Shown here one piece after another: positions 26,043-39,437 of a DNA stretch of 64,000 nucleotides (positions within the stretch are counted from its first letter, which is position 1; every line of letters begins with the position of its first letter). The translations under genes were made by a program, and so were the position numbers. Where the stretch lies: positions 372,001 to 436,000 of the forward strand of contig NIVC01000001.1 of the NCBI GenBank assembly GCA_002269645.1, in the 5' to 3' direction. The notes below the pieces were generated by a model, which worked only from the letters and a program-made list of their open reading frames with translations, had not been told where the DNA came from and did not search any database. This DNA is from Macrostomum lignano. Taxonomy: Eukaryota.

Positions 26043-26189
26043 TGACACGGCCTGGTCCGGTTGCTGCGACTGTAGCGTTGCAGTGCTGCTGGATGAGGCT
26101 GATGCTTGAGCAGGGAGTCTAAATTTTGTCAAAGAAATAAGGAGACTCATGTTTGCACTGTAGTATCTATCACCGCTCGTACATGTAGA

Positions 26190-26368
26190 CAGGGCGTCGC
26201 CACCGGGGGGACAGGGGGACATCTCGTTCCAGCTTGTGACCCGATTTGAAAATCGATAATTTTGCTTCAGGGCGCCAAAATATAGCGCCTAGGAACTTTT
26301 GTAGTCCTGCAGATCAAATTTTTGGCTTTGTCCCCCCGCCCACCATAAAATCCAAAGCGACGCCCCTG
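26190..26368. mobile_element. hAT-like MITE (CAGGG(G)CGTCGC TIR)
   Basis: TIRs CAGGGCGTCGC and GCGACGCCCCTG. Flanks CATGTAGA and CATGTACA are a 7/8 TSD. A related copy is at about 28321-28597. Confidence 0.75.
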
Positions 26369-26619
26369 CATGTACACAAACCTTAGTCTACAAACCTATA
26401 TGTGCATGCACTTTACAGTCGGTGAAATTGGGAATAGACTAAATTGCTTGAAACAGGATGCCATATCCGCCTTCAGAGGCATCATCTGTTGCTGTTACTA
26501 ATATGTACAATACAGGCTTTAGGCCACCACTTGCTACGTTGGCAGGGAAGATGGCCCAGGAAAGAGTCAAGGACGTTACTTTAGAGTCGTCCTTGGAAAG
26601 AGTGCTGACACCTCCAGGC

Positions 26620-27545
26620 ATCGCGGCTAGATCACCGGACCGCGCATGACCTCGGTTGGCTCGGACGGCCGCGCCTCAGCTGCGGCAGCAAAGATCAGCA
26701 CACCAGGGACACTCAGAGGTTGGCGCTGAGCAGCGGTACGAGCGCGACCCGCAAGGGCGACTCCGTGGCGCGGCCAGGCGCCTGTTGCCCCCAGTCTCTG
26801 CAACTCCATCTATGGATCCGCCGGGTGGCGCCGGTGTTCGGAGTTCCGCGGAGGTCTGAGTGCTCGCCCTATATCGCGGGACGCGAGAACGCCAACACCG
26901 ATGCACTGGAAGACCTGCTTGACCGGCTGGACCTGGTGTCCGCGAACACCCAGTTCTGCAAGCTCAATGCCCGACTGGTCAACTTTGCGGGCTGCAAGAG
27001 TACGCACGCGGGGGAAACGCCACGAGGAGACTGGCGCAACTCGATCATGAGCTGGTTCGCACTCGCGAGTGCCACCCGCGTCACCAACTTCGACACCATG
27101 GCTCCGCTGGCTCTCCGGTCAGACCATCGACTCCTACGTCCTCGCCCTCCTGTCCTCGTCTGTTGAAGAAGCCCAGTGCCAGATCGACGGGCTGGTCGAG
27201 GTGGCATCGAGCGTCGGTGTGGTTGTCAACACACTGAAGACCGAGATGCTGACTGTGCCGACCGACATCCCAGAGGACCTGACGTGTCGCGGCTCAGACG
27301 GCAGACGACCAGTCGACCAGGTTCGCACACTGCCAGCGGTTCACCTACCTCGGCGATCTGGTGTCTCACGTAAGGGAAGACTTCCGACTTTCCTGGGCGG
27401 CCTTCCGTTCGATCCGAGCCGTCCTTCAGTCCGAAGCGCCAGAGGGCTACGCGCTGAAGCGGCAGTTGGACTCGGCTCACTCGGCACACTCAGCTTCGGG
27501 ACCGAGGCCCTGAGCTGTACGATCGGGTCAAGCTGCAGCACCCGC
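26620..27545 (+). mobile_element. Degenerate RTE-like non-LTR retrotransposon fragments (endonuclease and RT C-terminal part)
   Basis: EN-like LEDLLDRLD...KLNARL...SDHRLL. RT-like LALLSSSVEEAQ..IDGLVEVASSVGVVVNTLKTEM and CQRFTYLGDLV...WAAFRSIRAVLQSEA. Frameshifted. Confidence 0.8.
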
Positions 27546-27672
27546 CCATCATCCTGCGCCAGCTGCGTACTGCGCTGCGTACACGTAAAATCTGTAAGTT
27601 CTTAGTGTACTACCGTACAACTGCACAAAACAGCGCATGCACTGACCTTGCAGAGTTTAATTGCTGCTTCTG

Positions 27673-27724
<52 letters not shown>

Positions 27725-28320
27725 ATTTTTCCACGGTGATACTACAATACAGTCTACCAGCTGTAGCTGCCGTTAAAGATTGATCTACTTACATGTGCAT
27801 ATGCGCGCTTAATTTAAGTCTTAGTCGCAGCGATGTTCCAGCTGAGGCCATATCTGTACCGCAAGCCAGTTACAATTCGTACGCTACGGCTGCTTTCGGG
27901 TCATGCAAATAAAGATAGCCTGGCTTGAGCACGATCCCCTGAGTCTCTCAGTGACACTCTCAGTGCTCATTTACAAAAGTGCGCAGCAAGGTCGAGATTG
28001 GGAGCGAATGCCGTACTGTGTTGGGCATCGTGGAAGCAGTGTGTGCACACACCTGGTGAGTACTAACTGAGCATAAGCCCCGCTAACTGCGCAGAAGTTT
28101 TACGACAGTGCAATTTTGTTTTTTTTCCATCTCGACTCCTATTCTCTCTCTCGCACCCACTTGCGCACAAGCCGCTGTTTGCCGATCTTTGCAAAAAGTA
28201 GTTTCGCATTCAACAATTGCTGCTTTCGTGTAAATCTGAGCTGAGCTCTCTTTCCTCACTTCTGCTTTCTTGGTGAGATGTATGTAATCAGATCTACCGC
28301 ATCTGCTTAGATACCTACTC

Positions 28321-28597
28321 AAGGGGCGTCGCCATGTATTTTATGGTAGGAGGGGGGCAGAAAAGCCAAGGATTCAACATGTACATGTGCAATGCTAAAT
28401 TCCTACATGTCCATTATTTTGAGAATCGGTGTTGTCAGCGCAGACACTCATTTTAGCGCCGCAGGCGCTACATTCGGGGGGAGTAAAATTACTTCCCGGA
28501 AGAAAAATGATTGATTGCCACACACGGGTCACCAGGTGCATGGGGTGGGGGGGGGGACATGCACCTTCTGTCCCTCCCGGTGGCGACGCGCCTCTGC
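28321..28597. mobile_element. MITE related to 26190-26368
   Basis: AGGGGCGTCGCC...GGCGACGCGCCTCTG ends. Flanks ACCTACTC and ACCCACTC (7/8). Confidence 0.55.
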
Positions 28598-28952
28598 ACC
28601 CACTCAAAAACATATGGTATTAACCAACCTTAAGCTTCGTAGATATGATCCTCACTCAGGGCTACTATCAGTAGGATTTATACATCTCGTAGCTCTAGCC
28701 GCAGTTTGATCGGATTTGCGTTCAACACAAGGACTACTCAAATGAAAGGATGGCCCCTGGAAACTACGCAATTCGTGAAAAATATTGAGGCCAGGTTCTT
28801 TCGAGAAAATACTTTTGAAGATAGGAAGCTTTCATTACATATCATATGGCTAAAAATCATATAAATAACAACAATTCGACTATAATTGGTTTTGAATCCG
28901 TTCCATGATTTTGTTACACATTTTGTTACTCAGTCATCAGTAAGCTCAAGAA

Positions 28953-29323
28953 GGGGAACCCATCACAAGCTCGAAAAATATTGTCGAAAAGCAACCACCA
29001 TCAAGCTCGAAAAATCACATCGTCGAAAAGCATCCACCATCACAAGCTCGAAAATTCATAAGCTCGAAAAATCAAATCGTCGAAACGTTTAGCAACCACC
29101 ATCACAATCTCGAATAGGATTCGGGTTAGTGCTTGTGCCTTAGGGTTTAGGGTTAGGTTAGGGTTGGGGTTAGAGCTAGAACTTGTGCCTTTAGGGTTAG
29201 GGTTTAGGGTTTGGTTAGGCTTGAGATTAGGGTTAGTGCCTTGGGGTTAGGGTTGGAGCTTGTGAGCTTGTGATGGAGCCTCGTTTTGGACGATGTGATT
29301 TTTCGAGCTTATGATGGCGACCC
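28953..29323. mobile_element. Palindromic MITE-like element with internal degenerate TTAGGG repeats
   Basis: TIR CCATCAYAAGCTCGAAAAAT at both ends, internally repeated on the left arm. TTAGGG-like tract at about 29120-29275. Flanks GCTCAAGAA and GCTAAGAA. Confidence 0.7.
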
Positions 29324-32300
29324 GCTAAGAATGATCAAAACACATGTAGAAAGACATCAAAAGAGGAACATTATCGGGTTCTAAAATCTGCCTTTTAAAA
29401 TCGTTCAAGAAACGTACAGTAGTTTTCAGTCCTTCTACTTAGTCCTATACTTAGTCCTTAGTATAGTAATGGGTTTAACAATTATAATAATCAACACTCA
29501 ACAAATAACCTAGCTTAGCTCGTACAAAACATGACAAGGCAGGAAACTTTGTTTCTTAGAAATAAATAAGTAATATGTAATATGTAGTAAATATGTAATA
29601 AATATGAAATATGTAATTTAAGGCTGCATGGCTTTACTAAAAAATCCAGTACAAGAGATACAGCAGTAAAAATTTTCATTATTTATCAGCAAAAGTACCG
29701 ACAACACATGTGGACGACGAATTTTGCTAATTTTTTTACATGTACTGCTGTGTACAGTAGGTACTTAAAGTATGTATTTTTGCATCAAAATGTCGCTTTT
29801 ATATCAGCTATTTCTTCAGAGCTCTTTAACTTGAAAAATTCTGTCTATGCCTGAGCATTCTGTGTAAATTCTACGATTTTTAACATCCTTTAATTAATTC
29901 TGACGCATGTTAAAATATGCCAATCGATCTTTTACTTTGAAGATTATAAATTTCGAGATTTGTATATTTTTAAACCTAAAACGACACAAATACCAACACG
30001 CTACACACAAAAAGTATCTGCAGTTTGCATTGCCGATGTACATGCATTAGAGTGTGGCAGAAGAGTGCAAAAAGTCGTGTAAGAATCGAATCAAACGTTT
30101 TTTTACAAAATTTCACATCGCAATTAAAATACGCCTGAATTTTGCCTCCACCCGATCTGGCACACTGCCAAGAAATATACAGTATCAATGTATCACTGAC
30201 AAACCCTTCGGGAGACATGCACGAATCCCATATTTTTGGATGGCCCCGTTTGCTGTTTGCTGATTGGATGAACAAATGCTGGCTGCTAATAGTTTGCATA
30301 CGCTATAAAATATACTAGTAGTCTACTAGAAGTAGAGTGTATGTATGTACGTTTATTATGTGCACTACGAACTACGAACTGATGTAAAAACAGTTATTCA
30401 ATTGTACCGCTCAAAATGGAGTCCTCAACTGCACAGCACACTTAAAAAACTAATGATTATGCATGCCAAATTTCAAAATTTCTCTGGACACGGCAAAAAT
30501 TAATGTGCTGTATAAAAATATGATCAGCTACACAAGGCTACAGGAAAACAACTCATTGTCAACAGACCAAAATTTTATTAACCTTAAACAATAAACAATC
30601 GATAAGATTTCCAAGGAGTCATGCAGACTATTTAAAAAACGCAAATTAGCAAATATTTTTGCTTGATATCAATTCTGTCCAATTTACTCATTCAAGGCCA
30701 TTTGTTGAAGTTTCTGAAGCTTTTGACTAATCTTCGTACTTCGTAGCTTTTTCGAATTTAGCAGCTAGTAGATCATTGAAATTTCAAATAAAACATACGT
30801 AGAGGCTGAGTCAAACAATTAGCCATTTTACCTGCAATGCGCTGTGCTCCCGTCCCTGGCGTCCCATATCCCATGTGCCGTTTGCAGAGCTTTTAGATTT
30901 TAGGGAAATGACCTATTAGTAACTAGGGTGACTCACACAGCCGCTATCTCTGGAACTATAATTCACTTAATCAATCACATGGTTTTCGTTTCTGACAGAC
31001 CTTTGATCTTGAGCATTTAATTGAGCGACTGGGCTGAATGAAGAGAGCTGTCTGATATCTCTAATAAATGACCAACAATATAAGTGGTAACAAAAAATCT
31101 GGCTCGGGTTAAATCAGATAGATGAATTGTAATTTTAATTCATACTTGGAGGTAGATGGCAGAAAATGGGCCAGAAATGCACCCTGTCGAAAATCAGTTT
31201 TCGGTCACAAGGACAGATCAAATACACAGCAAAGCACTCTGTATAGCTCAGCTAAGCACTTCAGTTAGGTAGGCTATTTAAGACCAGCTATGATCGGGGT
31301 TTAAATCCCAGAGTCCCAGAGGATTCAGCCCTGGATCGTGGGATTAACAGTTAACACCCAAGCATCCATAGTCATGCGATCGTGGAATTTTAGATATTTG
31401 TAATACAATATATACGATATGATTGTTATGCCTTTGTTATTGTAATAGAAATTTGAACTTTTGAAGAATTCAGGATGACATGATCGCCATCGCCGCCACG
31501 GAGTTTTAATAATTAGTAGGTAGGCCTACGTAAGTAGGCGACTCCATCAATCGATTATGTATGCAGTATTGTACTAAGACTGAGTCAAGCAAGTCTAAAA
31601 AGTCCATAACCCAACAAAGCAAGGCAGATTGTAAAGTGTAGTGTACTGAGACCTTGGCAATGATTGACAGCCCTGTTAAATCGACTAACTCTTCGAAACC
31701 GAAAAATAACTAAGTAGGCAAAAATCGGATGCTTGTAGGCTTCAATACCTCTGCGTTCTCGCGCAGGCAAAACAAAACAACCAAGTTAGCAAAAAACACG
31801 CTGACCAAAAATCACGCCCTTTTTAATTATTATTTAACGTGGGGTGGGGTTAGCAAATCGAGGGGGGTTGGCTCATGTACATTAAATAAAGAGCAAATAC
31901 ATGTACAATTAAATAAGTAAAACCCCAAAAATATGACAAAAAATGAACCTCCAGAACAAGCCCAGCCCAGCTATTTATCGCATATCAAGAGGGCCGCAGG
32001 GGCATCCACATCCACACCACACAGCATGATTTACAAGTGGACTGTTTGTATGGAAAGGAAATAATAGTAACTTGTCAGCTTGCCCCGTACATACTTGGCC
32101 CGAAGTTGGCCGGATTAAAGCTAGTACAAGAGCATTATTTGCATTTTCACGTTTACTTGTGTACATTACAGTGAACTGTTAAGTGTTAATGTGGGCAAGG
32201 GCAATTTAAAAATGACGATCGATGGCTAATGCCTCACCAAAGCTTGGGCTGTGATAATTAATAATATGAGACTTCTAATAATCACAGCCACTTTGATGAA

Positions 32301-35300
32301 GAACATAACACCATTCAACAAAGGGACGGATGCTAAAGGAGCTCTAGTTTGTTCCAAGCAGGGCTGTGATACATCATGGCACGCTGCAACACAACCACTT
32401 GAAACAACTTCAGCCCAAGTACTCAATGCTTCGAAGATGAGTGACGAAAATCAAGGCTCATCAATATTGGCTGTGATAGAAATAAACCTCTACAACAGAC
32501 CAATTTGATGCCTTGATTTCGATAATGCAGGGAGGGGAAGACGAATAGTCTAGGTGAATACGAAAGACAGGGTAACGAGCTGCGAATAGCTCTGCATCTC
32601 ACTACCCATGTCTTTCATATCAACGCTAGAGATAGCATTCGGAAAAGCATAAGGTCCGTTTGCGTCTAAATAATAGACAGCACACAAGACTACGAAATTT
32701 AGAGTCTAATAATGATAAAATTCAATAATCCCGGATCTTAAAGCCACTGAAAGCTGAAATCAGCATGAAAATATCTTAAAACTAGTAGCTGAATGAAAAG
32801 AAACACCACAGCTAAAGCTAGAGAGCTCGGGTCCGCGAAATGAATTCAAATAAGTCACTCTGGACTATTAAACGCCGTGGAGAAACACAAAAACACTAAA
32901 ATAACGACTACCGTGATGTAAGTTCATACAGAACAAAAGTATAACAAATAAATAAAACGAAGTCGTTAGATCGAAAATAAGCAAAATATGATTCACATTG
33001 AAGAAGTAACAAAGCCAGCTCACTGCAGTAAAATTCATTGAATTTATTAAGTAAAAACAATACTTAACCACTTTTAATATTGTATTATGAAAATTCATTG
33101 CACACTTTACTTTACTCGAACCAATTCTATCTATTCTATCCTATCCTATTCACCCTGTCACTAAGGATTAAAATGAAATTATGTACTGTAAACTTAAGGG
33201 TAATTATTTATTTATAACTTCAGGATTAGTCAAATGTAAGTAGTAGATCTAGATCCAACATGTATTTCTGCGCCAAGATCAACAAATTGGCTGCAAGTTC
33301 ATTTTATGTTTGCAGTTTTTCTTAGAAAGAAAGTTTTGTTGGTCGCGCACGTGTACCGGGTCTAGTAGACTATACTAATACTAGCTAGCAATAGCAAATA
33401 GAATATGGATGTGAAGGTACTCCGAGTAACTCCCTCAAACCCAGTAAAGTAAAATAGGTATATTTTATTAGATAAGAAATAAAGATGCAGGCGCAGGCAG
33501 ACCTAGGCCTATTATTAGAGAGGTGCTAAAAGGAATAGTAGGGCTAGATATTAAATACCAGCTTTTAGTAGTGAATATAGCTAGACATTTCTACACAGGT
33601 TTCAATCATTGAAATTCATAGCTTCACTAAAGTGCTCACCTGTGTGGCAGTTTGTTGGTTGAGAAAATTGCCCAAGCATGAATAATAACAAAGCAACTTG
33701 CAACAAAATAGCAAGGAATATGCTCATGTCATGGCTGTTTGAACTTTCTGGCTTTTATGAATCAATCAAAAACTCAGTATATAGTCAATTGTAATATTAA
33801 ATAATCAACTGCTATCACTAAAATAGTCAGTTTGTAAATATTAGGCCCTATTACTATTACTGAAATATTTACATTTAGGCCTATAGCTTTAAGCCTAGGC
33901 CTAGTTATAATAAGCTAGAACTAGAATGGAATTATTGTATAAAATCCTAGACATTTTCTATGCACATTGACAAAAGCTTACATATTTGTGCATATATTTC
34001 TTGAAAACTTTACTTTTTAACTTTAAAAAGTTTAGGCCCTATGGCTATATGCAATGCATAGCAGCAGAGGTGTTTTTGCATGTTACAACATGAAAGTAGC
34101 AATTATAATACTTTTTGCAATAAAAATATAGATTGTAGGCCTAGTATGATTTCATTTGAAAATGTTGCATATTCATTTCTTAAGCATAAGCAAAGTTAGC
34201 AATCTTACTTATATTTTCATTTGATAAATCATTTTGATTTAAAGTTCTGATTGAAATATATTTAAGTTGACTAGGCCTCGTCCTTGCTACAAACTAAAAA
34301 AAATTATTTAGCAATTAGGTTAGAGTTGAAATCTAGTAAACTTGATTATTTTAATAATTTTAAAGTATTCATTAGGCCTAGTGTGTATTATTTTATAGTA
34401 AGACTTAATCTATAAACTTGATTCTTAGGGGGGCCTAATCTTCAACTTCTCCCAAAGCCTCCAAAGCTCTTTAAGTCTTAAAGCCATTTAAAGTTTCATT
34501 ATTCAATCTAAGTACAAAATTCTTGCTTGAGATCATTTGTAGCTTAAGCAAGTATTTCTTAAAATATTCTATATATTATATATTCTAAATTATCTCTCTT
34601 TTTATTAGGCCTAGCAACAATCCAACAACTTTCAAAGCTTTAAACTTTTCAATATAAACTTATTAGTCTTTAACCTCCTAATTCTTATATTCTCTTATTT
34701 CTTTCTTTTAATTTATGAGCCACAATATCAATTCAACTTTTGACTTGTTCAAAGCCTTTGTCTTATATCAAAGCAATGTTATTCAATATTTGGATTATCA
34801 ACTTTCTAATTCTAATTCAATTCAAATAAAATATTTGATTGATTCTTATGGCATTTAATAGAATAAGTGGCATTTAGTAAAAAATTTTAAGACCCCTATT
34901 ACAATAAGCATATTATATATTGCACCTTTGTTAACTAACTATATATTTGCATTTTATTGAAGATAAAAGGATATTGTTTAAATGTATCCTAGTGCATTTA
35001 AAGCAATAATTTCATAATTATCAAGAAACATTTTTTTCTATTCTACTGATTTCTTTAAATCAAAATACAAATCTATCTATATTAGCTAAATCATACAATC
35101 AATTAAGCCTAAGTAGGTTGCAAACATTAATAAATAAGAAAAAAACAAGTGCTATTTCTCTCTAAGCCACTAACTGGGCACTTATATTTATAGCTAAATT
35201 GGAAGTTAATGTGATAAAGTCAAAGTTTAGCATAATTCATTAAAGCTATTATATTAGAAATCAATAAATATCAGGCTTTTCTGCCACAATATAGATATAA

Positions 35301-35497
35301 ACTTAGTCCTCCTTTGAAAATCAATAGATTTAAAAAACAGCTTTTTATTGAAGTTAAAATCTTATTTAGAAATTAGTCTTGATTATCAATTATTATAAAA
35401 TTATCAAAATCATTGCAAAAAGCAAAAAAATTAAGAATAAGCAACTAATTTTTAATGTTGCAAAATTAAAAAGGCCAATTTGAGTATGCTAATAACT

Positions 35498-35775
35498 CCC
35501 TATTGCAGCCAAGGTCTGAACCGCACCGGACGCCCCCCTTTCCCGCGCCAGGGCCAGTCCCCAGGATCAGTGATTTGCTTCAATATAACCCTCTGTGCCC
35601 CTCCTCACGTGTGCCCCCACACCCCTCTCCCATGCCCCCGCGCCACGCCGCCGCGCGCCGCCGCCACACCCCACGCCACCGCCATGTGCCGCGCCGCCGC
35701 CGCGCACCGCGCCGCCGCCAGGCCAAAATCCGCGCCGGACGCTGTCCACGAAAATGGCCATTGGCTGCAATAGGG
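35498..35775. mobile_element. GC-rich MITE with perfect TIR and TSD
   Basis: Perfect 15-bp TIR CCCTATTGCAGCCAA. Perfect 8-bp TSD TAATAACT at 35490-35497 and 35776-35783. Confidence 0.92.
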
Positions 35776-37908
35776 TAATAACTTATATTAATAAACTAAA
35801 AGTAACTTTTTAGCACAAGGTATTAAATAATTGACTAGTTATTATTCATTTCTTTTTTATCTTGGCATAATATATTAAAATAAAAATATAAAACAATTAT
35901 CTTCTCTTTTTTTATCTTACTAGGATAAAATAGCATGACTTATATTGTAATTTGTATAATATTGAATATATTTTTAATAGTTGATGTTTTTTAACTTTAT
36001 TATTTTTAGTGTGTGCTAAAATACTTAGGCTAAATATATTAATATTGTAATAAAGTATATAGATCTAGAACTATAGTTTGTATTCATTATTATTATAATT
36101 TTTGGCCATTTCCCTTGGTTATATACCTTAGGCCTATAGTGTTACATCTAGAATTTTATTTGGAAGGGGGGGTAGTCCAAGTTTGAGGTGCCAATATAAG
36201 TATAAAAGATGCCAATTTTTAAGCTAGGGGGTACAAATAAAAATAGAAGGCAAAAGTAAACTTAGGGGCTAAAATGAATATAAGGGCTAAAAATGAAATT
36301 TAGGGGCCAAAAATATGTGTAAGAGAGAGGAAAGCACAAATCAAGTTTAGGGAATGCAAAATTTGGATTTTTGGGATACAATATATTCTATCAAGGTATT
36401 TTGGAAGGCTGTCTTCCTCTCTCCTTAAATTTGTCTGTATAGGCTGATATAATTTCATATATTAGATAAAGTAGTTGTCATATAATTAACTTGTAGCAAA
36501 TAATGGATTTTACAGATTTATATATATGTATGGTGGTAATAGACATGGCCATAATTTAAAATAATTTTTTTAAATTTAAAACTAATCTTTTCTATTACAG
36601 GTAACATTGACTTGTCAGGATAACACTTTTATAATGAAGTCATTTGAAACAACCAACAGGTTGCTGCTAAAGAGTAGTCTAGTTAACTTTCAATGTAAAC
36701 AATTTCTTTGATAAACCATTTGACTATAGCACAAGTATGACAAATATGGTTAGTATTTTTTTCATTATGCATTCCTTTTGCACTTGGGTTGTGTATTGCC
36801 ATTGATTTGTTATGCAATCCAATCTGTTGCACTGTTCTATTATATGGTCCCTCTTAAGAAAGTCAAGGCAATGTCAGTTTTCACTTTTTTATCATGGCTG
36901 TTACAAAAGTACTGTGTATTTGTACAAATCAACAAGAAGCCACACAATATATTTACTTTTGTAATATGATCCCTCAAATGGTGAATTTGTTTAAAATTAT
37001 ATTGGGGGATCAAATAACATCAGTGATGGGGTGACATTTTGTTTTGCGACCATTCCAATAGTAAGTTTGTAGCATGTGGATCATATAATGAAAAGGTAGT
37101 AGACTCATCTCTGACAATTACAAGTTTGTTTTTTTGCTTGTTTTGTGCAGAATCTGGACCATGTGCAGCCCATCCACTTTTGATACTGGACTTCAAAGGA
37201 TTTAATTGCTAGCTTAACTAATGCATTTTATTGCATATTTTAGTCTGCAATGCTTGTTTAGAATTTTTTGAAAATATTTTTACAGGTGGCATCACATTAA
37301 TACAAGTATTTCTTTTTTATAGTCTGTTTATATGGTTAGTTTGTGTTAAAATCTTCATAATATACTTGTTTTTAATATAAAATATCGTGTTATTCTAATT
37401 TGTGAAATATTTTTTGTAGTAATTGCAACACAAAAATGGTTACCTCTTTTTGTATTCATTTATTTTTTGCTAATTTTATTTGTAAAATACTTGGTGATAA
37501 ATATTTTCTTTAATACAAGTATATTATTTACCAAAACAGTAGATTGTTGCTTTTAGTAGCCAATAATTTTATTGAAATAGGATAGTGTGCACTAAGGCAA
37601 TTATGAAAGACACACCTTTACATGTATCTTAGAAAATTCCAATCAACTATAAAAAAACACATTGCCAAACATTTTAGGTTTGAGTCAATACTATAGCATC
37701 CAGTATGGAGCTTCAAGTAAATGGAGCTTTATTCTTATGCCAAAAAAAGAATTTCATGTAGCAGCAAGGCTGATTTAAAATTATGTATCCTTCTAGTTAC
37801 TCATTCTCTCATGGTGGTGGAGCAACTGACCAAGTATAAAAAAATTGTACCAGATTCCAGGAGTTTGCAAAGGAATTTAAAGTGCAGATTGTTCTTTTCT
37901 AAATAAGG

Positions 37909-39437
37909 TCATTCAGGCAGCCGATGCTTGTTCAGCTCGGCTTGAATTTTTTTGCTCGCCTCTGCAGCAATCACTCGTCGCAGTCGTTCGCGTACACTGT
38001 TCATCCGCATCACCCTAGTGATGATGCTGCCGGTAATGCCCGTGTTCTCAACGTCGATGCTGCCTAAGGTAATATCGAAGTGTTCCAGCCTTATCAAGCC
38101 ACCAGGTACCATGTGAGCAACAGCCCGAGCGCTGACTCCCGTATCCTTGATTGATGCCTGAATGAAGTCCACTGGCCAGCTGCCGGCTTTTATCACGAAT
38201 GTGACTCCAAGTCTAGCGGCGTGAGCGCAGGCGCGCAGCTGCAGCCGAGATTCGTCCACTTGACTCAGTTGTAGGCTGCATCCGCGCGAAACCTCGTTTA
38301 GTCCGGTTAGTTTAAGATTCACTATCTTGAACACGCTCACTGGCAATGGTATTTCGGCTGGCAGTTCCACTTTAGTCAGATTGGCAAATAGTTGAGTTCG
38401 AAGGAAGTAGTCCAATCCTAGATTGAGTGAGTTGCTGCATGTAGCGGAAGGTCCGGTAGCGGCGCTTTCCTCTTGTGCTGAAGTTCAAACGGATTTCAAA
38501 GCGATTTATAGGGCCTATTTGGCTCCAAAGGGTCTTTAAACAGTGCATCATATGGTTCACTTTTTTCTTGCCCATAGGCGTGTATGATTTGAATTTGGAT
38601 CCTCTGTTATTAGGCTTGGTCCTTGTGCATTTGTATACAATGGAAGATGGTTTGAACTCGTATGAATTTGATCAGTCTCCAGAATTGACGGCAAAAAAGC
38701 AAAAAAGTCGGCAAAAAAATCGCCTAAAAAGTCATAATCTTGTTAATACTACGTAGCACATATGAATGCATAAAAGAGAAAAACCTAGACGGCCACTCCG
38801 TCAGTCGAATGCACAAATCTCTGAAAAATCGTCTGAGGAAACCATGCTAGCTAGTTCATTCATTCGCTCACACAATCTCAAGGCAATCCAGAAAATTCAG
38901 GGAGAGAATTTTTCTCAAGACTGTTTGGCAGCAAGAGTTCGATTCCTAGATAAAAATTTCGCTGTCAATATTCCCAAAGCACTACTCTGAAACGATCAAT
39001 ACACAAATTTGTCAGAATTTTTTGCATTTGAAGCATTTGAAATAGCCCATCTAGTAGGATTCCTCTATGGCCTGTCTGTCTATTCCCATCCCTTCCCTTC
39101 CGACACTAATGGTAGATTATGTACGATTTTAGTATGGATGTCAGAAATATCAGAATATCCGACGCCAAACCTCAAGAAGTTTACGTGCACTATTATAATT
39201 TACGTGTGAACGCAATTGTATGCTTAGCTGTACGTAAAACAATATAGAGCGTATACGAAATGGTCTGCAATTTTAAAATACTTTAGCTATATGCATAGCT
39301 TACGAGCGCATAACCCTACATGATTAGGCTACAACGTATATTTACTAAATCTGCTCACCTTTCACTGGAAGAATCGAATTTGCCAGCAGCAGAGAGCAGC
39401 AGCACAGAATGGCAAGCTTCCAATTGCGCGGCGACAT
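37909..39437 (-). CDS. Secreted 215-aa protein, predicted TULIP (Der p 7 / BPI-like) lipid-binding fold
   Basis: Exon 1 at 39359-39437 encodes the signal-peptide-like MSPRNWKLAILCCCSLLLANSILPVK, then G|GTGAG. Exon 2 at 37909-38477 follows TTCAG. Phases match (79+569=648 nt). The mature part has FKIVNLKLTGLNEVSRGCSL, alternating beta strands and a C-terminal amphipathic helix. The gene model is well supported; the fold is inferred. Confidence 0.75.

Noticed and set aside
32220-33100. Short hydrophobic ORFs and an LDANGPY motif reminiscent of a PolB/Maverick motif
   Set aside because: The ORFs are short and AT-rich with stops, have no supporting second motif and no splice-consistent model.
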